A DNA stretch of 64,000 bases. Origin: Octopus vulgaris (taxonomy: Eukaryota). Shown piece after piece: positions 1 to 11,851 of this stretch. The notes beneath the pieces are model-generated. The model ran no database searches. It had not been told where the DNA came from and was given only the letters and a program-made list of their open reading frames with translations. The DNA lies in NCBI GenBank assembly GCA_951406725.2, contig OX597825.1, positions 70,308,001 through 70,372,000 on the forward strand, written 5' to 3'. A program made the position numbers and the translations under genes. Positions within the stretch are counted from its first letter, which is position 1. The number at the start of each line of letters is the position of its first letter.

Positions 1-411
1 GAGGGAAGATTTACGAATTCAAACGTCTATGTAGGTTTAGCTTTTGCTCACTTTCTTCAAATATTTTGATGTCGCATGGTCAGAAGGTTTGAGGTACGTA
101 GCATTTGATAAATCTTTTTCAATGGAAAGCTGTGCTGAAGAAGGATGTGAAATATATATGCAATGTATATGAAATATATATCAAAAATATATATGAAATA
201 TATATTCAATATGTTTATAATCCAGAAACATGATGTTCACAGATAACCACCAGACTTCGTTTTCGTTATCTATTCCTTCTGTTTTGCGTATGTGAATTAC
301 AGGGTTTGTCGTGCCCGGAGTCCAACTTTGATAGAAATAAGCATTCTTGACTGCTATTTCTATTTTTTCGGTATGCGGTCAAGCAACCTGTTTGCCTGTC
401 CCTTTTTCTTA
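1..411 (+). mobile_element. PLE pseudo-LTR/retrozyme-like fragment, distant relative of the 593-bp unit at 27788-30138
   Basis: Carries HHR; 332-411 shares agaaata..cttgactgctatttcta..ttcggtatgYggt..gcaa..ttgcc..ccttt with the 593-bp unit; ends in (TA)n. Confidence 0.6.
130..242 (+). ncRNA. Type I hammerhead ribozyme motif with long AT-rich stem II insert
   Basis: ctgtg-CTGAAGA-aggat...atcca-GAAA-catgatg-TT-cacag: stem I ctgtg/cacag, stem II ggat/atcc (first pair mismatched), stem III acat/atgt with 1-nt loop. Confidence 0.7.
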
Positions 412-417
412 TATACA

Positions 418-456
<39 letters not shown>

Positions 457-527
457 CATATATATATACACATATGTATATATATATATATACATATATA
501 TACTTATATATGTATACATATAAATAC

Positions 528-559
<32 letters not shown>

Positions 560-762
560 GCAGATAGATAGATAGATAGATAGATAGATATATAGATACA
601 TACATACATACATACATACATACATACATACATACATACATACATACGTACACACATGCATACCTGCATATATTTATGTATAAGCACACACAGACACACA
701 CACAAACATGCGATCACACACGCATGTATGTATGTATATCTATATCTATTTTCTCTACTTTT

Positions 763-798
<36 letters not shown>

Positions 799-904
799 AC
801 ATATATAAACAAATATATATATATTATATATATATATATATACATATATTATATATATTATTATATATGTATTATATATATGGGTATATATATAAATATA
901 TATT

Positions 905-945
<41 letters not shown>

Positions 946-1042
946 ATACATACATATATATAGAGAGAGAGAAAGAGAGGCAGATAGATAGACAGACAGA
1001 CAGACAGTCAGTCAGACAGACAGACAGACAGACAGACAGATT

Positions 1043-1134
<92 letters not shown>

Positions 1135-1150
1135 TACATATACATATATA
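412..1150. repeat. Compound microsatellite (TA, GA, GATA, CATA, GACA)
   Basis: Directly visible. Confidence 0.95.
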
Positions 1151-1458
1151 TTTATATATCTAGTTGAAATTTACAGAAAAGCAAAAGAAGAAGACAGGTA
1201 TTTGAACAACAAGCAGGTGTCTTAGTTTGACGCTCAGCCGGTAAACACCAACATGATTGCGAGAACTCAACATACTGAGCGGGACAGGACTCTGTGTATG
1301 CATGCACCTGATTCAACCCAGACTGCACTGATCGATACAACACAATTGGATGCACAATATCCCACCCATGAAGGACAGTCGCAGGAGGGGTCGAAACGCT
1401 CGTCGAACTAAAGAAAGACTAATGCCACCTTCTGCTTCATTCATCAACTATATGTATG

Positions 1459-1510
<52 letters not shown>

Positions 1511-1513
<3 letters not shown>

Positions 1514-1764
1514 TGAAGCATAGTTGCCACTTAAATGTGGCTAACCCTTAAGGGTGGATGCTACTGTGGGGTGCAGCCCCAGGTGGACACCTCCTCCAGC
1601 TGGCTATTGACACACTTTCTGTATTTGCAAAGAGAAGCCATCCTTCCCATCTTCAGAAAGTGTAACAATAGCCAGCCGGAGGAGGTGTCCACCTGGGGCT
1701 ACAAGCTACAGTAGCATCCGCCCTTAAGGGTTAGCCACATTTAAGTGGCAAATATACTTCACGA
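1511..1764. mobile_element. Fold-back element, ~110-bp inverted arms; family also at 3895-4075 and 42231-42571
   Basis: 1511-1621 is the imperfect reverse complement of 1654-1764. Confidence 0.8.
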
Positions 1765-1910
1765 TGCCGTGCAGCTTCTGTTTATACCTCGCTCACAGAT
1801 TTATTGTGTGTGTGTGTGTGTGTATAAGAGGCAATAGGACAATAAAAACCAAGGCAGGACTTGCATCTCAAGTCATTTAGAATATTTAATTAGGATAAGG
1901 TGAATTTGAA

Positions 1911-1986
1911 GTCTTACAGCTGTTTCTGGGATATCCCAAGCGTTAGTCTAGCATGTCCGTACATTGGGTATTCCGTCATCAGAGAC
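1911..1986 (-). ncRNA. Type I hammerhead ribozyme motif
   Basis: Minus strand: gtct-CTGATGA-cggaatacccaa...ttgggatatccca-GAAA-cagctg-TA-agac; palindromic stem III. Confidence 0.75.
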
Positions 1987-2260
1987 AAGGTGAGTATGTA
2001 TAAAAGCTCTAGACAGGAAAATTCACTGTTTATAAGAAATAAAATAGTAGATAGAAAGTTAAAGAGAATACAGAGAGAGAGAGAGAGAGAGAGAGCGTTT
2101 GTGTATTTTTGACATGCATGTGTTTGTATATGAATTTTAGAGAAGTTAATTGTATATGAGAATGTGTGTGTATGTGAGTTTGTGTGTGTGCGCGCACACT
2201 TCTGCACAAAGAAAAGGGGAGAGTAAGAGAGAGAAAGGGAGAGAGAGAGAGAGAGAGAGG

Positions 2261-2310
<50 letters not shown>

Positions 2311-2316
2311 TCGATC

Positions 2317-2397
<81 letters not shown>

Positions 2398-2424
2398 TTG
2401 GGAAGAGACAGAATGAAAGTGGGA

Positions 2425-2483
<59 letters not shown>

Positions 2484-3682
2484 TGAGAGAGAGAGAGGGG
2501 GAGATATATAGAGATACTGAGACCAAACAGAAGAAATGAAGAATCTGGGAAACAATGGAAAGCATGGGAAATAGAGGCATCGATAAGAGTGCAAGAATAA
2601 AGAGATAGGGAGAGAGGGAGAAGGAGAAGGAGGAGGAAGGGGAGAAACAGAGGGAGTCCGAAGTAAGTAAATTATATTTACTTTATTTGTTGTATTTTTA
2701 TATCGTTTGAAATGGCTCGGGAAAATATGTCTGGTATGCAATTTCAATAAGATACCTCAAAATAACATTAAAAACAAAGAAAGTTTGAGGAAAAAATACA
2801 TCAACAAAAATAGCAAAGCCAAAATAGAACACATTTCACTGGTCGCCATTCTAGTTTCAAGTATTCTGACACCAAGATAAGTCACGTGTCATCACACTGA
2901 GCTGTCAGCGCCACCTAGGTATCTAAAGGAGCTATGAGTAATAAAATAGAAAAGTAGAAAAGATAAAACATTTGAAGTTGTTAACACGGGAAGCCCTATT
3001 CAGTTGATAGATTGATTGATTGATCAACATCGCAGACGGTAATAGCTATTACTATAATACATCCAACGAGGAAGCTTCTAAGGAAGTGTTCAACCTGCCA
3101 GAAAAAACAACTAATGTTTTCTTCATATTATACTCTGAGTGTCTAACAAGTAGGCCTCTGAACCGGAGCTAAACTTGCAAGACTAAGCAAACAAAATCGC
3201 TTTCAAAAACACCATGGAGATCCGACAATGGAGTTTATTGTGTGATCGTTCGACTTGTTAGTTAAAGTAGTTAGGATCTCCTTCAAATTACACTCTTTCG
3301 GTCCAACTGAGAAGCTTATACGCAGTTATTCGACTTTCCAGGAAAAACAGACAAAAAATTTAATTATGCTTTTTGGCTGTAACTGATATATATATATATT
3401 TTTTGTTATTTAACTAAATAAGTCTATAAGACAAATCACGTGATCACGTGACCGACCAGGCTATCAGATGTTGCTACACATCACTGGTCACAATGCGCTT
3501 CGCATTGTTTTTTAGCCTTCAAATGATGCCACCCCGCTGGCTAAGCGAGCAGGCCAATAAGACAAATACCGTAATTAATTTGGCTTTTTGCAATGTAACT
3601 TCGTTGATTATGAAACACATGGCTATTCTAATTTAATAGTACTTCTGGTGCTAATAATGCATACACACATACACGCGCACAT

Positions 3683-3732
<50 letters not shown>

Positions 3733-3821
3733 ATGATGTGAACGTGTATATGTGTTGGGATGCAATGTGTGTGTTCGTACAACCATGTATGAGTATGTTT
3801 CACTTCTTTTATTTGTATGTA

Positions 3822-3860
<39 letters not shown>

Positions 3861-3894
3861 CTTAGAGCGTGTTATAAACAGTAGCTGCAACACA

Positions 3895-4075
3895 TCGTGA
3901 CGTATATTTGCCATTTAAATATGGCTAATCCCTAAGTTTGTAGTCCCAGGAGGACACCTCCTCCAGCTGGCTATAGACACACTTTCTGTGCCCTATCAGT
4001 ATTTGCAAAGGGAAGCCATCCTTCCCGTCTTCAACTTATGATACACACGGAGTCGAGTTTCTGGGTATTGACATA
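3895..4075. mobile_element. Single-arm copy of the 1511/42231 fold-back family
   Basis: Shares ggacacctcctccagctggctat..cacactttctgt..atttgcaaag..agccatccttccc. Confidence 0.7.
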
Positions 4076-4356
4076 TTTCATTTGCCGGTTTCATTTTTTC
4101 GATTGCGGCCACGCTGGGGCATTACCTTGAAAAAAAATTTCTTTTTAATTAATCGAATCTACCCCATTATTTATTTGCGCCTAACATGCATTCTCTCAAT
4201 CGCTTTCTGGACAAAACTCAAAGTTAGAGCGACGCAGACAAATCTACACCGGTTGTCAAATGCTGAGTCAGACACACAAGTGCGCGCCGACACCACACAT
4301 ACAAACACAAACACACAAACAAGCGTGTGCACGGGAGGCTTCGTTGTATTAGAAAA

Positions 4357-4752
4357 TCTTTATATATAAAAGTCAAGTTATGTGTCTGTCTCCTACGATT
4401 TAGATTCCTAACTACTCCCACATTTTGCGGTGCAGTTTAACCAAAACCGGGTATCTTATAGTCGTGGTTCATATCGAGCCCTTCTCGGTATTAGCGCGCG
4501 ACTACGATGAGTGAACGATTAAAAAAAAATGTTACCATCATTTTTTCCATTTCAATGCATTTTTTTCGCTATTATATAAGGGAAGTAACTCTCTAAAAAT
4601 GTCTACGATGAGTCAACGATTTTTTAAAAAATTACCATCATTTTTTTCCATTTTTAATGCATTTTTTTGCTATTTTTTGGCTATAACTCTCTAAAAATGC
4701 TTATATAATTATTTCCCTTACAAACCCGAGCAACGCCGGGTGATACTGGTAG
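4357..4752 (+). mobile_element. Non-autonomous Helitron-like element
   Basis: a|TCtttatatataaaa 5' end, 3' hairpin cccgagcaacgccggg followed by GTAG|t (CTAG-like), no TSD; internal ~100-bp tandem duplication at 4502-4700. Confidence 0.65.
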
Positions 4753-4775
4753 TCATATATAAACGATTGAATATA

Positions 4776-5191
4776 TTTCTTTATTGCCGACAAGGGGCTA
4801 AACATAGAGTGGACAAACAAGGACAGACAAAGGGATTAAGTCGATTACATCGACCCCCAGTGCGTAATTGGTACTTTATTTATCGACCGCGAAAGGATGA
4901 AAGGCAAAGTCGACCTCGGCGGAATTTGAACTCAGAACGTAAAGACAGACGAAATACCTATTTCTTTACTACCCACAAGGGGCTAAACACAGAGAGGACA
5001 AACACGGACAGACAAACGGATTAAGTCGATTGCCTTGATCCCAGTGCGTAACTGGTACTTTATTTATCGACCCCGAAAGGATGAAAGGCAAAGTCGACCT
5101 CGGCGGAATTTGAACTCAGGACGTAACGACAGACGAAATACCGCTAAGCATTTCGCCCGGCGCGCTAACGTTTTTGCCAGCTCGCCGCCTT
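4776..5191 (-). mobile_element. SINE family B (tRNA-like head, Meta-domain-like core), duplicated core+tail
   Basis: Reverse complement of ggcggcgagctggca...gagttcaaattcc (B box)...gcctttcatcctttcggggtcgataaa; many copies in window. Confidence 0.85.
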
Positions 5192-5554
5192 ATCATATAT
5201 AAACTATTATATATGTTCGTTCGTCGGGGCGACCAGGACTGTCTAGTCATCCTTATAGATTACTGATGACTTGCGTAATGACTTTGTTTAAAATTTAAAA
5301 AAAAAAGAGTTGTACACTGTCGACTTTATTCTCTTGCCCGTGAACATATTCAATCCAGTGGCAAGACCCATTCAAGACGACTAGGATGGACACGGATACA
5401 GTAGATGACCAAGATGTCTTGCGTGCCTTCTCTTTCTCGCTGAATTCCACAATATATTTATTGCCCACAGGGATATAACCATTGAGGGGACAAACAAGGA
5501 CAGACAAAGGGTATTTATTTGACTCCAAATTTGCCATCAAGATGTAAGACAAGA

Positions 5555-5725
5555 TACTGTGATAGCCTGGGCTTCAGAGGCCCACAGCTCTTTAATATCC
5601 TCCCGAAGAACCTGAGAGACCTGCATGGGGTGCAGATGTCATTAAAATAAAACAGGATCTCTTCCTGCGGTGCACCAGCATGGCCACAGCTCGTGAGCTG
5701 AAACTAGATAAAATAAAATAAAATA
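5555..5725 (+). mobile_element. CR1-group-like LINE 3' fragment
   Basis: Translates SLGFRGPQLFNILPKNLRDL; ends gcggtgcaccagcatggccacag..ctgaaac..(taaaa)n. Confidence 0.55.
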
Positions 5726-5800
5726 GAAAAACATACATATATACATACATACAGATACACAATATACGCACACAGCCGCATATATAAAAGTATATATATT

Positions 5801-6214
5801 CTTTTACTTGTTTCAGTCATTTGATTGCGGCCATGCTGGAGCCTTTCGTCGAACAAATCGACCCCGGGACTTATTCTTTGTAAGCCTAATACTTATTCTA
5901 TCGGTCTCTTTTGCTTAACCGCTAGTTTACGGGGACGTAAACACACCAACATCGGTTGTCAAGCGCTGTTGGGTGGGCAAACACAGACACACAAACATAA
6001 ACATACACATACACACACACACATACACATACACACACACATATATATATACGACAGGCTTCTTTCAGTTTCCATCTATCAAATCCACTCACAAGGCTTT
6101 GGTCGGCCCGAGGCTATAGTAGAAGGCACTTGCCCAAGGTGCCACGCAGTGGGACTGAAACCGGAACCATGTGGTTGGTAAGCAAGCTAGTTACCACACA
6201 GCCACTCCCGCGCC

Positions 6215-6215
<1 letters not shown>
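5801..6215 (-). mobile_element. SINE family A (tRNA-derived, CORE-like; resembles octopus OR-type SINEs)
   Basis: Head ggcgc.ggagtggctgtgtggtaa, accttgggcaagtg CORE-like motif, internal (TA)/(TG) tract, gtaaaaga tail. Confidence 0.85.
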
Positions 6216-6262
<47 letters not shown>

Positions 6263-6266
<4 letters not shown>

Positions 6267-6752
6267 TGAGATAGGGGTTGTAAATGCAACCCTCCATGGG
6301 ATAACATATATCCAATATACTGCTAGTGAAGTACCCAACAAAGTTAATACATAAATGTTAAGAATTGCGATGCAATTAATTCATTTACTGTATTATATGG
6401 GCAAAGGTAAAATGTTCTACCACAAATTAATAATGCAAAATAAGAAAATGGAGAAATACATCTAAATCAATTATCAACTACCAGATAATACCCAATCACA
6501 TAATTTATTAAACCACTACATATGAACATTAAGGTCAAACATAATAATATAGAACAAAACAGTGTACATGAAGGAGTAATATGATACAATATGTACAGTA
6601 TGTATAAGAGAATATAAATAAATATAAATATAAATATAAACTACATCTTACAGCTGTTTCGGCCATGCAGATATGGGTGTCTCATTTTGCTCATATTAGC
6701 CATGTGTGATAGGTCAATACTTTGTTGTGTTAAGTACCTTACAACTTCACTT

Positions 6753-6758
<6 letters not shown>
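6263..6758 (-). mobile_element. PLE pLTR-like fragment between (TA)n tracts with the 3' half of an HHR; second copy at 24661-25299
   Basis: Minus strand ggcc-GAAA-cagctg-TA at ~6649-6664; highly similar to 24837-25295. Confidence 0.6.
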
Positions 6759-6798
<40 letters not shown>

Positions 6799-6801
<3 letters not shown>

Positions 6802-7217
6802 CGCAGGAGTGGCTGTGTGGCAAGTAGCTTGCTTACCAACCACATGGTTCAGAGTTCATTCCCACTGTGTGGCACCTTGGGCAAGTGTCTTCTACAATAA
6901 CCTCGGGCCAGCCAAAGCCTTGTTAGTGGATTTGTTAGACGGAAACTGAAAGAAGCCCGTCGTAAATATATATATGTGTCTTTGTGTCTGTGTGCGTGTG
7001 TGTGTGTGTGTGTATCTTTGTGTGTCTGTGTCAGTCCCCCGCCCCCAATATCGCTTGACAACCGATGCTGGTGTGTTCGGCAAGAGAGACCGATAGAATA
7101 AGTACTGGGCTTACAAAAGAATAAGTCCCGGGGTCGAGTTGCTCGATTAAAGGCGGTGCTCCAGTATGGCCGCAGTCAAATGACTGAAACAAGTAAAAGA
7201 GTAAAAAAGTAAAAGAG
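6799..7217 (+). mobile_element. SINE family A
   Basis: Full head, core and gtaaaaga tail. Confidence 0.85.
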
Positions 7218-7827
7218 TATATGTATATATAAACACACACAGATATGTGTGTTTGTGTGTTAGATGGATAGATAAATAGATAGCGAAAGAAATAGAGAGA
7301 GATGCGAAGAGAGATAAGGTACCATTTATTTGGATACAGAGATAGAGACAGAGGAAGAGAGAGTATAAGAACGGGACTCACATGCCGAAACCTTATACGT
7401 ACAGCCATAGACAAAAAATGCATGTACAGTAAAGTGCAAAGAAAACTAGTAACATTCTGTGTCAGCAAACAGAAATACAAATAATCTGAAACGTTTCGAT
7501 AATGTTTTCTAGTAGCGAGGAAGTAGAGAAGTCAAAAGTTTCACACGAAACCCATCGCCAGAGAAAACGGATGACGGAGAGAAGGGATAAAGAGAAAGAA
7601 GTCAAGTGGTTTGTGTGCGTGAGTGTGTGTGTGTACGTTTGTGTGTGTGTGTACATATTGATTTTGATATTGATATATTAGTGTGGCTTCCTATTATGTG
7701 CGCTTGAGTATAGACTAACGGCGCGACAGCTTGGGTAAGTGCCTTCTTCTATAACCCCGAGCCGGCCAAAGCCTAGTGAGTGAATTTAGTAGATCGAAAC
7801 TGAAAGCACGTTGGGCATATATATATA

Positions 7828-7918
<91 letters not shown>

Positions 7919-7920
7919 AT

Positions 7921-8140
7921 AGGGAGAGTTCACGAAAAAAACAAAAGACGGAGACAGGTGGTGTACAAAACAAACAGATGTATTAGTATAACGCTCAGGA
8001 ATTGAAAATGTCTTTTACGTTTCGAGCCTACGCTCTTCTACAGAAAGAGACACAGAAAAAAAACAAGGAGAGGGGAAAAAATGTGTGTAGTGGCTACCGA
8101 TCTATCATGGCGACTGCCGGACAGAAGGGTCTAGGGGTTG
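7921..8140 (-). mobile_element. ~200-bp HHR-variant element (family also at 11650-11851, 14001-14175; distant 1157-1237, 55487-55680)
   Basis: Shared sequence; motif tcttt-CTGTAGA-A-gagc-gtag-gctc-GAAA-cg-TA-aaaga at 8011-8048 (-). Confidence 0.7.
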
Positions 8141-8160
8141 AGAGAGAGAGAGAGAGAGAG

Positions 8161-8730
8161 AGACGCAGGAGTGGCTGTGTGGTAAGTAGCTTGCTTAAAA
8201 GTCCCGACCTAGCACCATCAAGGTGCTTGAGTGAGGCATTGTGCCTGGTCGGGTGACGGCGGGGCGAAAAAATTAAGAGGCTTAGTGCCAAGTATTGTGT
8301 ATCAACATTAAAGTAAGATGTTTAATGCCTCGGCCTGTTGTTTTGCTTTGTGTTTTGAGTTTATTATTTGTAAGAGGCTCAGAGCCTCAATTTATGATGA
8401 ACTATTATTGTTTTTACTGTGTAAAAAAAAAATTATGTTTTAGAGATGCAAAAAATCGGCGTGCGTCTTTTGTCTCCTCCCTTCAATATCATCCTTTTTC
8501 ATCACTCATCTCATCAATGTTTTTGTCCAGTCCGCAAGCTACTCCCTCTGTGTTATGCCTTTATGGCAGAATTTTGAAATAAAATAGCTTGCTTATCAAC
8601 CACATGGTCCCGTGTTCAATCCCACTGCGTGGCACCTTGGGCAAGTGTCTTCTACTATAGCATCGGGCCGACCAAAGAATTGTAGATTTGTGAGTGAATT
8701 TGGTGTACGAAAACTGAAAGAAGTTTGTCG
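8161..8730 (+). mobile_element. SINE family A 5' part interrupted by a retroposon 3' fragment (8198-8584)
   Basis: 11-bp TSD tagcttgctta at 8187-8197 and 8585-8595; insert ends in aaataaaa. Confidence 0.8.
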
Positions 8731-9498
8731 TATATATATATATATATATATATGAAAAAACAAGTCAAAAATAGAAAATGCTAGGATAATTTTATAGTGA
8801 ATCTTTCAGTACCGGTTTCGGTCATTTTGAGACCTTTTCAACTGTAACGATTAAATATTTAAATTTAGAAAAATTAGAAGAAAAGTTTTTTTAAAAGAAT
8901 ATTTCTGTAGTAGTGTTCAGATATAAGTAGCATTCTGCCTTTCTCTGACTCCCTTGTTTGCACTTGTGTGTTCGAGGTCGTTTTGAGTTCTTGGTAGGAT
9001 AGGTAAAGAATAAGGAGGTTGATGTGGAGAGGGGGTGGGGAAATCTGGGAATGCCTTAATGGTCGTATTTTGAATGGTCAGTGGCTGACAGTAGTCGCAG
9101 TTCAATTCAGGAATTGTTTATGGAATTTGCGTAGGCGTTATACTGAAAGACATTAGTGACAAGGTTAAGGGGTGGAAGGTGGAGAAGTAGAAGAAGAAGA
9201 AGATGACGATGTTGATGATGATGATGATGAAGAAGAAGAAGAAGAAGAAGAAGAAGAAGAAGAAGAAGAAGAAGGAGAAGGAGAAGATGGTGGTGATGAT
9301 GGTGGTGATGATGATGACGACGATGATGATGATAATGATGATGATGAAGAAGAAGAGGAAGAAGAAGAAGAAAAAAACAGAGAAGGGAGAATATGAATGG
9401 GTGTAAGTATAGCTGTGATGGGGCTGATTAGTAATGGATTCTATGGAGTGTAATATTTGTGTGTGTATATATTTCTTTTATTCTAAAGTTGAGGTATA

Positions 9499-9891
9499 TT
9501 AATTGTTTGTCGTAGACCCGTTAAGAAGTGGCTTGTATTTTGTAATAAAGAGATTTTCTTTACTTATTCGTTGTCTCGAGGTTGTATCGTCCCTAAATTG
9601 GTAGAGGGGGAAAATTCTGAAGTTTGGTGTTTTTTTGTTGGCGCAAGTATCTATGTGTTGGCTAAAAGCTATTTTTCTGTTTTGGGGAATTTTTATCTGG
9701 GATCTGTGCAGGGCCATTCGTTTACGCAAACCATTTTTTGTTTGGCCTATGTACTGCTCTTGACACCCGGAGCAGGTTAGTGAGTATATTAGGTTCTCCG
9801 AAGCACATGTGAAGTTGCTTTTCACTGTAAACCGTTGTCCCTGTTTGAAGGAGAACTCTGATCCCTCAATTAGATAGTCGCATATAAACAT
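9499..9891 (-). pseudogene. PLE GIY-YIG endonuclease domain (C-terminal fragment of pol; Neptune-like)
   Basis: FTCASENLIYSLTCSGCQEQYIGQT...RMALHRSQI...KENLFITKYKPLLN; the ATG is created by the inversion junction. Confidence 0.9.
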
Positions 9892-9942
9892 TCTTTTAAA
9901 AAAACTTTTCTTCTAATTTTTCTAAATTTAATTATTTAATCG

Positions 9943-9986
9943 TTACAGTTGAAAAGGTCTCAAAATGACCGAAACCGGTACTGAAA
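9943..9986 (+). ncRNA. Minimal type I hammerhead, U3-A8 variant (sense copy at 8804-8847, -)
   Basis: cag-TTGAAAA-ggtc-tcaaaat-gacc-GAAA-ccgg-TA-ctg. Confidence 0.7.
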
Positions 9987-10070
9987 GATTCACTATAAAA
10001 TTATCCTAGCATTTTCTATTTTTGACTTGTTTTTTCATATATATCAACTCGTGTGTTCCTTTCCACCCTT

Positions 10071-10130
<60 letters not shown>

Positions 10131-10301
10131 GTATATATCTATCGTTACTTTTCATAAAAAGCCTTTACTTTTTTTGATTTCCAATGTGCATTTTCGCTTA
10201 TTTTTCTTCTTACTTTCCCCTTACATTTCCACGTGTAGTTTCTATTATATATATATAATTGTACATATCTATCGTTACTTTTCATAAAAAGGTTTACTTT
10301 T

Positions 10302-10470
10302 TAAATGACGGTCTCACCGTCTGCCAAGCAAATGGGAAGCAGTAATTGAAGTAGATGGTGAATATGCTCCGGAATAATCATTTTAAAGATGTTTTTGTTA
10401 CATGTTGTTATTGTTTTGTTGAATAAAAATTGTTGAAAAACAGCCGCAATAATTATGCACCAACCCAATA
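10302..10470 (+). mobile_element. Mariner 3' end fragment
   Basis: Translates RLPSKWEAVIEVDGEY; TIR-like aattatgcaccaacccaa-TA. Confidence 0.65.
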
Positions 10471-10864
10471 TCTTATACATCAAAATAGAATGGAAAAATT
10501 TGGTATATTTCTTTACAGGATAGGAGTAACAAAGGTATGCATGCTAAAAAGTATGTAGACTCTCTTACTCGTAATTATTTCTTTTACTCAAGAATTTCTG
10601 ATAAGAGATTCTATACATGCTTCTTTTTTTTTTAACTACGTGTATTCCTTTGTAACTCTTAATCTGTAATGACACACGTGTTACATGGAAAGTTAAAATA
10701 TACCAAAATTGTCCCCGTCTTTTGTTTTGATGTGTGATTACTCTGCAAATAGAATTCACCGGAAATCTCAAATGCTCTGTATATATTACCTAAAATAAAA
10801 CATCATAATACATACATTTGATCTATGTGATTAAGCACATGTGCTTTCACGAGGACGTAGCTTG

Positions 10865-10942
<78 letters not shown>

Positions 10943-11080
10943 ATACATAATGTCCGTTTTTATTCATTTATTTGGTTTGTTTATTTGAATCGACTATATA
11001 TATATACATACATATAAATATATACATAGATATATAAACATACATACATACATACACATACATATATATATTTATTTATT

Positions 11081-11120
<40 letters not shown>

Positions 11121-11144
11121 TATACATATATATACATATATATG

Positions 11145-11182
<38 letters not shown>

Positions 11183-11649
11183 CACAGAGAGTAAGGGGGA
11201 GAGAGAGACAGAGAGAGTGACAGACAGATACATACATAGACAAACACATGCAGATACACACACATACAGACACAGACATACACACACATAAGAAAAGTCT
11301 CATTGTTATAAAAGTTGAGTAAATATCCGTTGTTCTAAAAATGGTGCAAAACGAATCAACAAACGTACAAGTCCAAAGTATGTGAAAATAAAATTTAAAG
11401 ATCATGATCGAACCCTCCCCCCTGCTATAACACCAGCAGCGGAAAGTTTCAAGTTGTTTAACCCTTCAATATTCAGACAAATCTGTTAAATGTAACCCGT
11501 ATTTATTATTTATCCACAGTGTTTTAAATTAAACTTGTACCTTCGAAATTTCGATGAAGTGATTGTTAATTTTTAAAGTGACATTAGAGAATCGATTGTG
11601 AAAGGCCGGATCTACCCGATTTGATCTAAAAAACAGGTAGAATATATGG

Positions 11650-11851
11650 TCGCCATGATAGATCGTTAGCCACTACACACATTTTTTCTCTCCTTGTTTC
11701 TCTCCTTGTTTTTTTCTGTGTCCCTTTCTGTAGAAGAGCGTAGGCTCGAAACGTAAAAGACTTTTTTCTATTCCTGAGCGTTATACTAATACATCTGTTT
11801 GTTTTATACACTACCTGTCTTCGTCTTTTGTTTTTTTTCGTAAACTCACCC
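11650..11851 (+). mobile_element. 202-bp HHR-variant retroposon with TSD
   Basis: 12-bp TSD tagaatatatgg (11638-11649, 11852-11863); HHR-like motif at 11724-11760. Confidence 0.8.

Larger units (their letters stand above)
8754..10036 (-). mobile_element. 5'-truncated Penelope-like retroelement with inverted pseudo-LTR
   Basis: ~147-bp inverted repeats 8754-8900 / 9890-10036, GIY-YIG ORF, HHR in each repeat, (TA)n flanks. Confidence 0.9.

Noticed and set aside
1365-1410. atgaag-gac...gtc-GAAA-cgctcg-TC hammerhead-like string
   Set aside because: Core incomplete and no stem I pairing
5825-6354. Recurrent ORFs such as YDRLLSVSVYQIHSQG and RKDERQSRPRRNLNSE
   Set aside because: Translations of SINE A/B; recurrence reflects copy number
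9172-9406. Acidic poly-D/E and poly-K ORFs
   Set aside because: (GAA)/(GAT)n tract in the PLE 3' UTR
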